A DNA stretch of 64,000 nucleotides, taken from contig CM120647.1 in assembly GCA_051362555.1 (NCBI GenBank), forward strand, positions 8,618,001 to 8,682,000, read 5' to 3'. This document shows positions 10,454-23,429 of this stretch, one piece after another. Under the pieces are notes generated by a model that searched no databases, was not told where the DNA came from, and worked only from the letters and a program-made list of their open reading frames with translations. The position numbers and the translations under genes are program-made. Origin of the DNA: Lingula anatina (taxonomy: Eukaryota > Animalia > Brachiopoda). The first letter of the stretch is position 1. Each line of letters starts with the position of its first letter.

Positions 10454-10876
10454 TCCTAATCACCGAAACGAAACTCGATTTACGTCTACTGCATGTATCT
10501 GCAGCTATGCTGATTCAACTAGAAAGCTAACTCCCGTTCCTCAGTCTTCTCTGTGACCTTGAAAAGTTCCTTGTGAATAAACAAAACGCACGATAACAAT
10601 TTCAAGTAGCTTCCACAATCAGAAAATACGCTTGTGCACACATAGATTACCGCAGCGTTATCTAATATGTCTACTCGTAGCCTCACTACTGCGATTTAAG
10701 CTCATGGTGGATGCAGGGACACAAAACAAGGTTGTCTGTATAATGTATTTGTGTGTTTCGTCAGAAAATTTTGATTGTATTCAACTTACGTATACGCCAT
10801 AGGCCTTAAATATAGCAACCTAGATTTTTCTCAGTGTCAAGAAATAACTCCATTCACGTATTCGTTACGTGATTCT

Positions 10877-10886
10877 GGGATTTTCC
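10877..10886 (+). promoter_or_regulatory. NF-kB site GGGATTTTCC upstream of exon 1B
   Basis: Perfect consensus ~420 nt upstream of the exon 1B ATG; degenerate sites nearby at ~10938-10963. Confidence 0.45.
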
Positions 10887-11402
10887 CGCACAAATTATGG
10901 ACTGCGTTATTTCGAAATTGCCGTAAATTGAACTCTAAAATTTCCCTTTGATGGGGGAAAATTACCTTTTTAACGCGACGTAAATGGAAAAATTCACTTT
11001 TTTTTTTATCGACGTGAAAGATGCATATAAAGCCGGTGCTTGGGTCAAATTATTGTTTTATTCATATAAAGTTTTATGCGTCCGAAGTTCAACCAAATGT
11101 CAGTACAGTATTTCAAATGCCCATTTCAATAATTTCTACGTAAAGACACTGCAAAATGTAGTTATATCGTTAGCGAAAAAATGGTATTTGTACAGATGTT
11201 TTTTTTTCTGTGTACTTAATGTGTTTTACTGATTGGAGGCAAATTAAGCAGGTAAAATTTTAGACCAGTTATACACACACACACACACACAAGGCTTAGT
11301 TGACTAGGATTTCCATGGGAGTGCTGTTACAGGGCCCTCTGACACCCCCTAAACCCGCCACTGTTCCTGATAGGGTAAGATGTACTCATGTAAAGTTGGT
11401 AA

Positions 11403-11747
11403 TTAAAGCAATAATAACTCTTCGTTTCGGCCAAAATATGAATTTTCCTGGAGTAAACAACAATTTTCCCATGCTTACCAATAGTTAATGAATCCATTTT
11501 TATATTCAAAGTTAGTCCCTGGTTTTTTTCTAAAAAGTTGGGTTTTTTGTTAAAATCTCTTAAGAGATTTTAACAGAGTATAGACATCAATGGAGGTCAC
11601 GTGGTCTAAAGACAAGTTCAAATATCAGAATAAAAGCTATAACTGCTGTTTTTGTGGTAAAACAGAATATATTATATTTCTATGAGTTATTCACAAGGTT
11701 TTTATTGTGAAATATAGGTCTCATACAAAGAGTTATTATGCCTTTAA
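11403..11747. mobile_element. MITE family B
   Basis: Near-identical to 251-597. Confidence 0.8.
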
Positions 11748-11831
11748 ATTGTCAGCCAGGGAACGTCTTTTTTTTTTTTTTTTTTTTTGTACGTGTGTGT
11801 GTGTGTAGCCAGGAGTTTGAAAGAGCAGATC

Positions 11832-12153
11832 TTAAAAGGATAATAACAATGCATGTTGGCCAAAAAATGAAATTTCCCTTATCAACCAATGGTTAAATAA
11901 TCCATTTCTACATTCAGAGTTAGTCCCTGTTTTTTTCTAAAAAGTTTGTTTTTTGTAATAATATCTTAAGAGATTATTACAGAGTATAGCCATCTATGGA
12001 GGTCACGTGGTCCAATGACAACCACAGATTTTAGATCAATTGCTATAACGGCCGTTTTTTGTGGTAAAATAGAATATACTCTGTTTCTATGGGTTGTTTA
12101 CAATGTATTCAATGTGAAAAATAGATCTCATACCATGAGTTGTTATCCATTTA
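11832..12153. mobile_element. MITE family B, diverged copy
   Basis: TTAAAAGGATAATAAC...GAGTTGTTATCCATTTAA, colinear with 251-597. Confidence 0.65.
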
Positions 12154-12599
12154 AGCCTTTTTTTCTGCCAGGTAGATTTCTGCGGTTGGTTTATTGGCCT
12201 TTGGATTTTGTATTGTGTAAGAGATGGGTGCTTGTAATTCGTAGAAGTTACAGGATATTTACTTGCTTTTTATATACATCTTAAATAATCATAAATAAAT
12301 TTGATCGAGTCACAATTATGGAAAAGATGCCGAGATGAGCAAAAACTTTCTTTACGCGAGCGCTTCATATGTCAAACACTTGTATATTTGAATACATAAA
12401 TATACCTTAAACTTATAAAAGCAGTTTCATTTAAATTATTGCTTTCAGTTTTAGCTTTGTAAGATGACATATAAAACTGGAATCACATAAAGTCATACTT
12501 TCAATTTTATTAAGCGAAAAAAACTAAAGTATTGTGTCGAAGTCTGTACTTAAATTTTGAAATCGTTTTTGGCTCCTAACCCTTTGGGACATCAATCTA

Positions 12600-12814
12600 G
12601 GACCCCCATTTCCAGAGATTAGATCGATCTACTTTAGATTGACTTAACTCCCTGGGGGTTCACGCTAAATAGCTATCAGCCGGGCGGACACGAAAGTTAA
12701 TTACCCCCTTACAGCTTGTAGCAGGCGGGACGGACATTTAAGCCGGATTATCTGACAGTATTAGCGAGACTCCCCGTGGGGATAGATCGATCTAAAAGCT
12801 CTGGGAATACAGCC
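12600..12814. mobile_element. MITE family A
   Basis: Near-identical to 9026-9230. Confidence 0.75.
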
Positions 12815-13097
12815 TAAGGAAATACTGGTCCAAATTATTAGAATAAAAATAACAAACAATGGCTTGTAACTGAACAAATAAATTAGAGAATTTTCTTGGC
12901 ATATGGCATGGATCAGTATTAACATTCCAGACTTCTGGAAAAAATGCATAACATATGACAACAAAATGTAATATTTTCTACTGTCTAATAGCGTGGAAAC
13001 CATCAGAAATCATTAGATCTCATTCCCAATTAAACTTATGTCTTACATATATCAATCCAACTCAAAGGAGACTCTTGCTGAATGCAATCAGTTTAAC

Positions 13098-16000
13098 AAA
13101 CTAGAGGATCAGAGAGGCGATACCGCCTCCGAATATTGTACCACCAGCTGGAGCAAGCGCATTCGTATAGACCCCCACATACACAAAATAAGGGACACAG
13201 CCACCAGTTTTGTGCTTGACAAGCTGTAAAAATGCAATCAACAAGAATTTTTAAACTATTGCAAAAAACATATATGGTACAATCAAATTTAAGTTCTTCG
13301 TAAGGTAGGTCAAGGGTCAATTTCAAGGTCACAGTAAATTGCCAGTATATGACTTCATATTCAAGTTCAAGAATAACTATGAACCTATCTCTGTCAAGTT
13401 TGAAGTTAAAAGAGAAAAAAAGTTCAGTTCATGATAAAAAGTAGGTCAAAGGTCAATTTCAAGGTCACACTTATATTGCCAGTATAGGACTTCCTATTCA
13501 AGTTTAATAATAACTATGGACCTATCTCTGTCAGTTTTGGAGATAAAACAAAAGCAAAATTTGCAAAATTCAGTTCATGGTGAAAAGTAGGTCAAAGGTC
13601 AATTTCAAGGTCACATTTAGATTGCCAGTATATGACTTTCTATTCAAGTTCAATAGTAACGATGGACCTATCTCTGCCAGTTTTGGAGATAAAAGGAAAG
13701 CAAAATTTGCAAAGTTCAGTTCATGGTGAAAAGTAGGTCAAAGGTCAATATTAAGGTCACACTTATATTGCCAGTATATGACTTCCTATTCAAGTTCAAT
13801 AGTAACTATGGACCCATCTCTGCTATTTTGGAGATATAAGGGACTAAATGTTATTATTTTGGAGTTACCATAATGTGCCTTAAATTTCGTACAGAAAAAA
13901 TTAATTAAAATAAAGAAAATGTCATTTTGGTCAAAATTCTTGAAATAGGAGGTGCTCTGAAGGTTCAGAAGTTCAAGTTTGATGAAATAATGTCATTTTT
14001 GAACACAAGTTGTCTGCTTTGCCAAGCCTTATGTTTTATTTTTCCAGAGTTCAAAATTTATTATCCATTACCGTACTGCACATTTTGCTTTTACCACCAA
14101 TATGTACTTTTTGATACAGCGTAACTCGAAAACCGTATGGAATACAAAAAAACCGAGACCACCTCCAGTATTGGGCTTTACATGCAAAGCTCAGTTCATG
14201 GTGAAAAGTAGGTCAAAGGTCAATTTTAAGGTCACATTTATATTGCCAGTATATGACTTCCTATTCAAGTTCAATAGTAACTATGGACCTATCTCTGCCA
14301 GTTTTGGAGATAAAAGGGAAGCAAAATTTGCAAAGTTCAGTTCATGGTGAAAAGTAGGTCAAAGGTCAATTTTAAGGTCACATTTAGATTGCCAGTATAT
14401 GACTTCCTATTCAAGTTCAATAGTAACGATGGACCTATCTCTGCCAGTTTTGGAGATAAAAGGAAAGCAAAATTTGCAAAGTTCAGTTCATGGTGAAAAG
14501 TAGGTCAAAGGTCAATATTAAGGTCACATTTATATTGCCAGTATATGACTTCCTATTCAAGTTCAATAGTAACTATGGACCCATCTCTGCTATTTTGGAG
14601 ATATAAGGGACTAAATGTTATTATTTTGGAGTTACCATAATGTGCCTTAAATTTCGTACAGAAAAAATTAATTAAAATAAAGAAAATGTCATTTTGGTCA
14701 AAATTCTTGAAATAGGAGGTGCTCTGAAGTTTCAGAAGTTCAAGTTTGATGAAATAATGTCATTTTTGAACACAAGTTGTCTGCTTTGCCAAGCCTTATG
14801 TTTTATTTTTCCAGAGTTCAAAATTTATTATCCATTACCGTACTGCACATTTTGCTTTTACCACCAATATGTACTTTTTGATACAGCGTAACTCGAAAAC
14901 CGTATGGAATACAAAAAAACTGAGACCACCTCCAGTATTGGGCTTTACATGCAAAGTTCAGTTCATGGTGAAAAGTAGGTCAAAGGTCAATTTTAAGGTC
15001 ACATTTATATTGCCAGTATATGACTTCCTATTCAAGTTCAATAGTAACTATGGACCTATCTCTGCCAGTTTTGGAGATAAAAGGGAAGCAAAATTTGCAA
15101 AGTTCAGTTCATGGTGAAAAGTAGGTCAAAGGTCAATTTTAAGGTCACATTTAGATTGCCAGTATATGACTTCCTATTCAAGTTCAATAGTAACTATGGA
15201 CCTATCTCTGCCAGTTTTGGAGATAAAACGGAAGCAAATTTTGCAAAGTTCAGTTTATGGTGAAAAGTAGGTCAAAGGTCAATTTTAAGGTCACATTTAG
15301 ATTGCCAGTATATGACTTCCTATTCAAGTTCAATAGTAACTACGGACCTATCTCAGCCAGTTTTGGAGATAAAAGGAAAGCAAAATTTGCAAAGTTCAGT
15401 TTATGGTGAAAAGTAGGTCAAAGGTCAATTTTAAGGTCACATATAGATTGCCAGTATATGACTTCCTATTCAAGTTCAATAGTAACTATGGGCCTATCTC
15501 TGCCAGTTTTGGAGATAAAAGGGAAGAAAAATTTGCAAAGTTCAGTTCATGGTGAAAAGTAGGTCAAAGGTCAATTTTAAGGTCACATATAGATTGCCAG
15601 TATATGACTTCCTATCCAACTTCAATAGTAACTATAGACCTATCTCTGCCAGTTTTGGAGATATAAGGGACTAAATGCTATAATTTTGGAGTTACCATAA
15701 TGTGCCTTAAATTTCGTACAGAAAAAATTAATTAAAATAAAGAAAATGTCTTTTTGGTCAAAATTCTTGAAATAGGAGGTGCTCTGAAGTTTCAGAAGTT
15801 CAAATTTGATGAAATTATGTCATTTTTGAACACAAGTTTTCTGCTTTGCCAAGCCTAATGTTTTATTTTTCCAGAGTTCAAAATTTATTATCCATTACCG
15901 TACTGCACATTTTGCTTTTACCACCAATATGTACTTTTTGATACAGCGTAACTCGAAAACCGTATGGAATACAAAAAAACCGAGACCACCTCCAGTGTTG

Positions 16001-16661
16001 GGCTTTACATGCTCTACAAAATGCAAAAAAGAATGGGTCTCTAGCATTAACGGTTCCCGAATTAGAGACAGTTTTCAGTTTCGGTATCTTATGGCCGCTA
16101 CTCCCGTGAAAATGCACCGATTGACCCCAAATTCATGGAGATGAAAGATGACCTGAAGGGTAACACTTTCCAATAATATTATTGGTTAAGTCTGTGTGGT
16201 GTCTGAATAACAGGGCAAAAAAATTTTTTTTCGTAAAAAATTTCATTTTTTTGAAAATTTTGGCCCATTTGACCTTGAAGTAAAGGTCAAAGGTCAAATC
16301 CAAGGGTATATTTGAAATCTACACATATGACTTTTGGAAAGCCGTCTATAGAAATTTTTCCCATAACTCCTTCCGTAGGGTAGATAATTAGCATTTAATT
16401 TTGCCATTTTTAGACAAGGGTGCATTGCAATGAGTGCCACACCCAGACCCCAATACCGACAAAGCCCAAATTTTACGTGGAACGAGTTGAGATTATAGGT
16501 GACCTAAATCCATGAGATGGGTATGGGGGGCCTTACCGTCTAGGAGGAGAAGCGGTAACGGTAGCCGTCCGGCGGAACCGGCGGAGCCGGCGGAGCCGGC
16601 GGAACGATCCGGACGAGACCGAAACCATGTGTACCGCCAGCGCTAACGCTGGTGGTACAAT
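13098..16661 (-). mobile_element. Helentron/DINE-1-type non-autonomous element with internal 146-bp tandem arrays
   Basis: Subterminal inverted repeat TGTACCACCAGC (13137) / GCTGGTGGTACA (16648); palindrome at 16631-16658 next to a (CCGGCGGAG)n microsatellite; hairpin GAGGCG-ATAC-CGCCTC and CTAG at the other end; no TSD. Confidence 0.7.
13305..15680. repeat. 146-bp tandem repeat, 12 units in blocks of 4+3+5, each block followed by a ~350-bp spacer (767-bp higher-order repeat)
   Basis: GTAGGTCAA(A/G)GGTCA recurs at 13305, 13441, 13587, 13733, 14208, 14354, 14500, 14975, 15121, 15267, 15413, 15559. Confidence 0.95.
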
Positions 16662-16788
16662 TATCACCAACTGAGTTTTTTTGTGAAACTGGGGCCTGAA
16701 ATCTTAATTGATTTTATGCTAAGTCACGGGCTGATTTCTGTCAATCACGTCTTAAAGAGAATTGAAGTCCATCAGTGACTTTACACCA

Positions 16789-17545
16789 TCATCGTTTCTT
16801 TTTCTTGGACTTGCTTTTGGGTGCCTCTTCCTTTGGAGCAGCTTCATCTTTATCTGTTTCTATTATTCTCTCTCTACACATGTTATCAAATGTCCTCAGT
16901 AATTCCAGTGTGGTCAAATTATTCGTCTTGAATAGCACCTTTAGTCCATCATCTGAAACAACAGCATATCTGTCATGTACCATTTCATTAAACCAATGAT
17001 TTATATTGTGCCAAAGTAGGCTTCAAGTCTTGTCTTAAAATTCAAATTTCAGTTTTCAGAATTTTTCTCTTCATTTTCATAAAACTGTTGCCTGATATAC
17101 TTGTGAAATTTATACTTTAAAGTTCAAATAATTTAAAGGGATAATAACTCTTCGTATGAGATCTATATTTCCCAATAAAAACATTGTGAATAACTCATAG
17201 AAATATAATATATTCTCTTTTACCACAAAAACGGCAGTTATAACTATTATTCTGATATCTGAGCTTGTCTTTAGACCACGTGACGTCCATTGATAGCTAT
17301 ACTCTTCTAAAATCTCTTAAGAGATTTTAACAAAAACCAAACTTTTTAGAAAAAAAAACAGGGACTAACTTTGAATGTAAAAATGGATTCATTAACCATT
17401 GGTAAGTATGGGAAAATTGTTGTTTACTCCAGGAAAATTCATTTTTTGGCCAAAACGAAGAGTTATTATCACTTTAAGTATACATAAGTGAGTATTAAGT
17501 AAAGCTTCAGCCTTTCAGTTATAACACTGAATGAATTATTATCGA

Positions 17546-17585
<40 letters not shown>

Positions 17586-17974
17586 CTTACTAAATATGAC
17601 ATTCATATTGGGATCGGACCTGTCCGATTTCACATTCACTTTTAGGATGCAGTTAACATTGGTAACTCTCACGTTGTTGCTGTACAGATGGAACAGTGCA
17701 TCTCTAAAAACAAAAGAAAAGAGACATAAGAATATTAAATAAATTTGGATATAAGTATCCAATAAGACGCGATCAAAACGGCACATTGACTCTGTTGGCA
17801 AGTGGAAGCCGTGGACCGTGGGGGGGGGGGTAAAGGTAACTGCAAACATACCAATTAATTAGCTCACCTGCATGACCTAACATTCGTGCCAAATGGATCA
17901 AAAGAAAATTCTATTCGTTTCACCGGCGATATATTTAACTTTGTGACCAAACTAGCGAGTTGATAGCTAGACAT
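16789..17974 (-). CDS. MRPL53: Mitochondrial large-subunit ribosomal protein mL53, 127 aa; complement(join(16789-16952,17591-17703,17868-17974))
   Basis: Spliced frame MSSYQLASLVTKLNISPVKRIEFSFDPFGTNVRSCRDALFHLYSNNVRVTNVNCILKVNVKSDRSDPNMNVIFNDGLKVLFKTNNLTTLELLRTF...; family motifs PVK.I...F.PF, TN..C, DG......LT.LE.L; canonical GT-AG sites, phases 2 and 1. Confidence 0.9.
17133..17477. mobile_element. MITE family B (inverted) in MRPL53 intron 2
   Basis: Reverse complement of 251-597; TTAA flanks. Confidence 0.8.
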
Positions 17975-18300
17975 TCGCGACCCTACGCTCCATGCTCGGG
18001 ATCCCGACAGCGCCATTTTGTTATATGATTTGTCTCGCAGTCTCTGATTGGTTTAGTTTTCAAGGGGATGCTGATATAAGTGTATTAAAGTTGCATCATC
18101 TATAAAATTTATTGCATTTTTTAACTTTCTAATTTATTTTTTGCTTTAAATAATATTTTAATGTTGATTATTATGACATTTCCTTTAAGAAAAACGGCAA
18201 AAAGTCTTTATAATATTGGGATGTGTGTTATCTTGGCTGCCCTCGTTGTAAATTATCCAATAGTAACCAAACTCTCATTCTCGATTGGAATAAAAAATTG
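17975..18300. promoter_or_regulatory. Bidirectional promoter shared by MRPL53 and CLK
   Basis: Head-to-head arrangement; YY1 core CGCCATTTT at 18011-18019; CCAAT/ATTGG boxes at ~18047, ~18257 and ~18284. Confidence 0.55.
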
Positions 18301-18366
18301 AGAGCGCATCAACTAGTCAATCTGGACTTTTTGTGGAAAAAACTCGGGTTTTTCCGATCAGAAGAG
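18300..18366 (+). other. CLK2: Probable non-coding first exon of CLK (start approximate)
   Basis: Strong donor GAG|GTGAGT at 18367; the CLK ATG at 19915 directly follows an acceptor (TTTTCAG|ATG), so an upstream UTR exon is expected. Confidence 0.55.
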
Positions 18367-19293
18367 GTGAGTTACTAAAGGTCATTAAAGGCTGCCGTTT
18401 TCGACACTATTGTTATTCATTTCTTCTTTACTTTGATAAAGAAAACAGTCTTGTTTACGGTGACCCACTTTCAATAAACCGTCGCAGAAAACCATGTCAC
18501 ACAGTCAGTCCCGGATAAAACCCAACACGATGTGCTGATTGAAAGCGTTTATTTGTAGTGTGTTTGTTAAAAATTATATTTTTGTCGAGTAATTTTATAA
18601 AGACTTTATCCAAGACTTTATCCTTATATAGAAGTTGTCTAAAATACTGTTGAAAGTTAATGTGTAGTCAATCATGTTGAGTAAATTTTAATCAAGCTTT
18701 CACAGGTATGCTTTCATTAGTTGGATTAGATTTAGAAAATGAAAAGTTGAAAATTTACTCAACACAAACTAAATATGCACATATTTTTAAAAAAACATTT
18801 TAATAAATACAGTCAAATATGCTTAACTTACAATGGCGTTGTACAGTTTGGGAGGGTAAAATACCGATACCAGACTCGACTAGGGATCAAACAAGGGACG
18901 CTTGCTTACCAGTCCACACTATCAAACCAAGGTCTACCTAGGACAATCACTACAGTGTTATGATGTCACATATACAAAATACTTAACTTTTAAGCAAATC
19001 AAAGACTCATATAAAAAATCCTTATTGGTCCATATAGATTTATTGGCACAGAATCACCTGTTCGTCAAGGTAACAGATGTGTTTGTCTTCAACCGGAAGT
19101 CAAGATATACACTCTCCAGTATAGGCTATATTCATAGTTTTAGAGGAAAAACTGTGTATTAGTACCAAAATAGTCCTATGAAACTTAATCTTTATCAGTG
19201 GTGTCATTATTCACATTTTAATCAAATGATTACTAGTAAGTGTTGTCAGTTCACGTTGAGATGCAAGTGTGCCTGTCTATCCAGTAAATTCTC

Positions 19294-19422
<129 letters not shown>

Positions 19423-19532
19423 CTCCCTCTTTACCACCCACATTCTCCCTCTTTATTTACAGAGGATTAACCTCCCCCCCCCCCTCTGTCTCTGCCTACA
19501 ACCCATCTTTGTACTAGCAGCAGAACTGCCAT

Positions 19533-19571
<39 letters not shown>

Positions 19572-19914
19572 TGAAGGTTTTTATACACTGTAGATAGTAT
19601 ACATTTCTCACTGCCTTGACCGTAAATATTTTATCCTTAACCCTGAGGACTAGTCATAACAAGCAGTGAGTGGCGTTGATACACACTAAAGAAATAGTAC
19701 ACAATAAAGACACCCCAGGACTGGAAAATTAGTTTTGGCAATATAAAGATTCTAGTTAGGCTAATGTTCATATGAATTGTTCCTTATACAAAAAATGGGT
19801 TCCACAAGATATGTTCAAGATGCATGACAGTGTCACAGGCTATGGGCAGATTAACATTGTATAAATATAATGTAGATTTGGCAATATTTCAGAAATTTTT
19901 GTGGATGTTTTCAG

Positions 19915-20021
19915 ATGCCACGATCGCGGAGGTGGCGTACCAGGTCTCCTAGCCCTGATGGCTATGGATATAAGAGACGAAGAATGTCACCGGATCACAG
20001 AGACAGACGACACTCCAGAAG
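19915..20021 (+). CDS. CLK2: CLK exon 2 (first coding; [14 protein letters not shown]...)
   Basis: CAG|ATG, donor AG|GTAGAT, phase 2. Confidence 0.85.
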
Positions 20022-23000
20022 GTAGATTTTTTTTCCACAAGCTGAAAGTGACGTAAAAAGGAAATGATTTAGAATTTATTGCCAATTAGTTGCAGTGATT
20101 ACTCATGAAATTCAACTTAAATGAATTAATGAATGTTTTGTTAGTAATACATATGAAGGTCAATTCAAATGTTTTGAAAAAAAAGTTGTCTTTGTGTCGG
20201 GAAGTTAAATTTTATGAGTACTAATAATGAAATTAAATGAAATACAATATAAAAAAAATGGGTAACTTTACAATTTCTTTTAATCCTCCTCATCCTGTCC
20301 TCAGTGAGGACCGATACAACAGAAGAAATCATTACGACAGAACCAGGTCAAGGTCAAGGACTCGCTCCAGAGATCGCTCACGTTCAAGGGACCGTAGGGA
20401 CAGAAGAGATCGGGACAGAGACAGGCATCGGTACGACTACGATGATACAGATTACGTCAGTAGGCATTCACACCACAGTCGCAGACACAGGCGGAAGAGG
20501 AATCAGAGACACAGACGAAGGTCAAGGTCATATTCCGAAACTTCCTCTGCCACCTCTAACACGACGCGGGTGAGTACCTGTTCATGGGATGGGTTTAATG
20601 TAGAAGAGATTCTTAAAGGGGAAAATTTAAAAGAAATATTATGGCTGGCAGTGGAGAAAATTCTTATCATTTAATTGGAATGGGCCTGTATTTGGACCAA
20701 CATGATCATGTCTTATTTGAGATTTGAAAATGTTACTTGCATGGGTCTGTTTAAGTTTTTTTAAAAAGGGAAAATAATGTACAGATATTCGTACGCCCAC
20801 TTAAAGTGCCTGTCCACTTTTAACTGAAACTATAAAAAAGAAAATAAAGCAGGTTTGTTGAAAGATTATTTATAAGAGATGGTCCTTCTGATATTTGATG
20901 AGAATTTCTTCAGTTCTGCCTGACGTGTGGTATATTAGCCCTCAAAGTGAAGGCTTACTTGACTGGATATTAAAGACTGGATTCACACCTAAGACCACTT
21001 TTTATTTATTGACTTATTTACTTGTCTTATTTATCAAGTTTGGATAAACTGTTTAAAGGGGAAAAGTCTAAAATTAAAAAAAAAGAAATTTAGGGTAGTA
21101 ATTTTAGAATAAATAAAGATTTGATCACAATGCAGATTCATCGTCTGTAGAAAATATCTTGAATGTACTTGCTGTTTCATATGCATGATGTGAAGTCCAT
21201 AGTTTGGCATGCAATTCTACCACAAGCTTTCTTCAAATTAAATACATTCTCTTTTCATGTAGTCAATGAAAAACTGGCAATCATTTGTCACTAAATTCTT
21301 ACAATCTCTATTAGATTTAACATCTGAAAAATCAGACTCTTTTTAATGTATTCTTTTTTAAGTAGAAATATTATTATTCTCAGATGAATCTTGTGGAGTA
21401 AATTTTTATGTGGTATTTGCTGAACATGATATGAACATGAACAAAATACCCCTTGTAAAAGAGTTATGAAATATCTACTGTATTTCTTTTAAAATGGAAG
21501 TGTGAGCATGGACATTTGATAGTCAGATTAATAAGACAAAATTAAATAAATTTATTTTAGGCCAGATATTAAAAAACTCTCAGATCAATGCCAAACAGCT
21601 GACTTTGCATTTTTTGCTATTTGGTTTTAGCCATCTAAGCTTATTAGCTTAAATGCTTGTAAAAGACTTTTTGTAAAATAGGCACTTGTTGCTAGTGCAG
21701 TATCTTGCTACTTGTACAATACAATATTTATCTCCACAGCTGAGACCAGCGACTGTGTGGTAGGTACATCCCCTAAAGGGAGAAATGAAATTGATTTTAT
21801 TCCTAAGGGATATACATATGTAGGTTGATTCATGTAGGATTTGGTTATCATTTTAGATTTAAAAAAATAAGGTAGGCATATTTAGATTTTAGGGATTTTC
21901 TGATAGTTTTTTCCCCAGTTGTTTAGTTAATATTTGCTTACTTACAAAAAAGGAAAAAAAAAGAGAGAGAGAGAGAGAGAAGTGAGGGGGTGGATCACAT
22001 CTGATTAGCTGTAACTCTCATATATGCCACTAGAAGGCAGCATGGTATATTTCATGAGTATTCCTTTGTACCACCAGATGTCACTGTGTTCTCCAGCTTT
22101 ATACTAACAAGGTGATTTTGTGCCCCAGCTGAGTTCAGGAGAATAATTCATGTAGCAATATATGCGATGATTGTATCAGATGGAAAGCAGAGCAGTTATA
22201 AAGCAGATATTAAGTCATAATGTGTATGACCTTTTTTTCACATTTGAGTTTACAGATTGAAAAAGAAATGTAACTAGATGAATTGAAGAAAAGATAATGA
22301 TTAGTGGCAATGCTGTAATTACTCACTTTATGGAGCAATAATTATCCATTATATTATTTGGGGCAAATATAAAGCCATCCAGTTTATTTTTAGTTATTAG
22401 CAAATTAAGTTTTTTCAAGAGTTTCCATTTGAAGAGAAATTATCGTAAAAGTACATTTGCAAAGGTCCACATGTTGAAGATAATTGAATTTCCTCCAAGG
22501 CTGATTTCTCCAGATTTATTGAGAATCAAAAGTGAAATTATTGCTGTTTCCAACAGGGAATTCTAACAGACTGGAGTTTCCCCAAGGTTGAAATTGAATT
22601 CATCAAGAAGTGTACTTTTAAATCCCCGGGGATAAGTTTTACAAGATAAATCAATCCCGAAAATAGGTCTGGTCCCAGTTTCACAAAAAAAAAAAAAAAA
22701 AAAAAAAAAAGGTGAAGTCAGTTCCCTGGCTTAGTTGACTAGGATTTCCTTGAGAGTGCTGTTACACTGTTCTTGATAGGGTAAGGTATGCTTATGTGAC
22801 CATGTTCCCTTGCTAATTAAGTTCTTAGCCAGGGAACTTGAACTTTTACACCAACTATCAAGACTTCTTCACTTCTAAGATAAATCCAAAGTTACTGTAG
22901 TCCACTGAAATAAAGTAAATATTAGAGTGAGACATAAATCGTGATTGATTTTCTGGTTATGAAATGGACACAATACTCAAAATAGACTCAAATTGGGTCT

Positions 23001-23383
23001 AAATTAGAGGCTTTACCCCCTACCAAGGTGGCAGATATTGTGGACACATTTTCCTTCAGCCATCACAGTTAGAAGATTGACCATATTTAACCAGAGACAT
23101 TATCAGTGAATATCTAGTGAAAAATCAATCTGTGGACCTGGAAGAGGGTTGAGAGGTTTTAGGTTAAAATTCTTTAACAATACAAGCACTTTTTTCTCTT
23201 TTTTTTTTTTTAACATGAGAAGGAGCTTGTTCGTCACATTTCCTGTCCTCTCTGCTTGGATTAGCGTGGAGGTTTGCTAATTAAGTGCCCTGACAAAATA
23301 AATGAGATTTTACTGAAGTAATTGGGCGGATGAGCTCTGTGGACATGGCAGTAATGTGGTTTTCATCGATTTGAATCTATTTT

Positions 23384-23429
<46 letters not shown>

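Noticed and set aside
13305-15680. CRISPR-like regular repeats and repeated ORFs (13927, 14102, 14694, 14869, 15929)
   Set aside because: Units are wholly repeated with no unique spacers, the context is eukaryotic and there are no cas genes; the ORFs are by-products of a satellite
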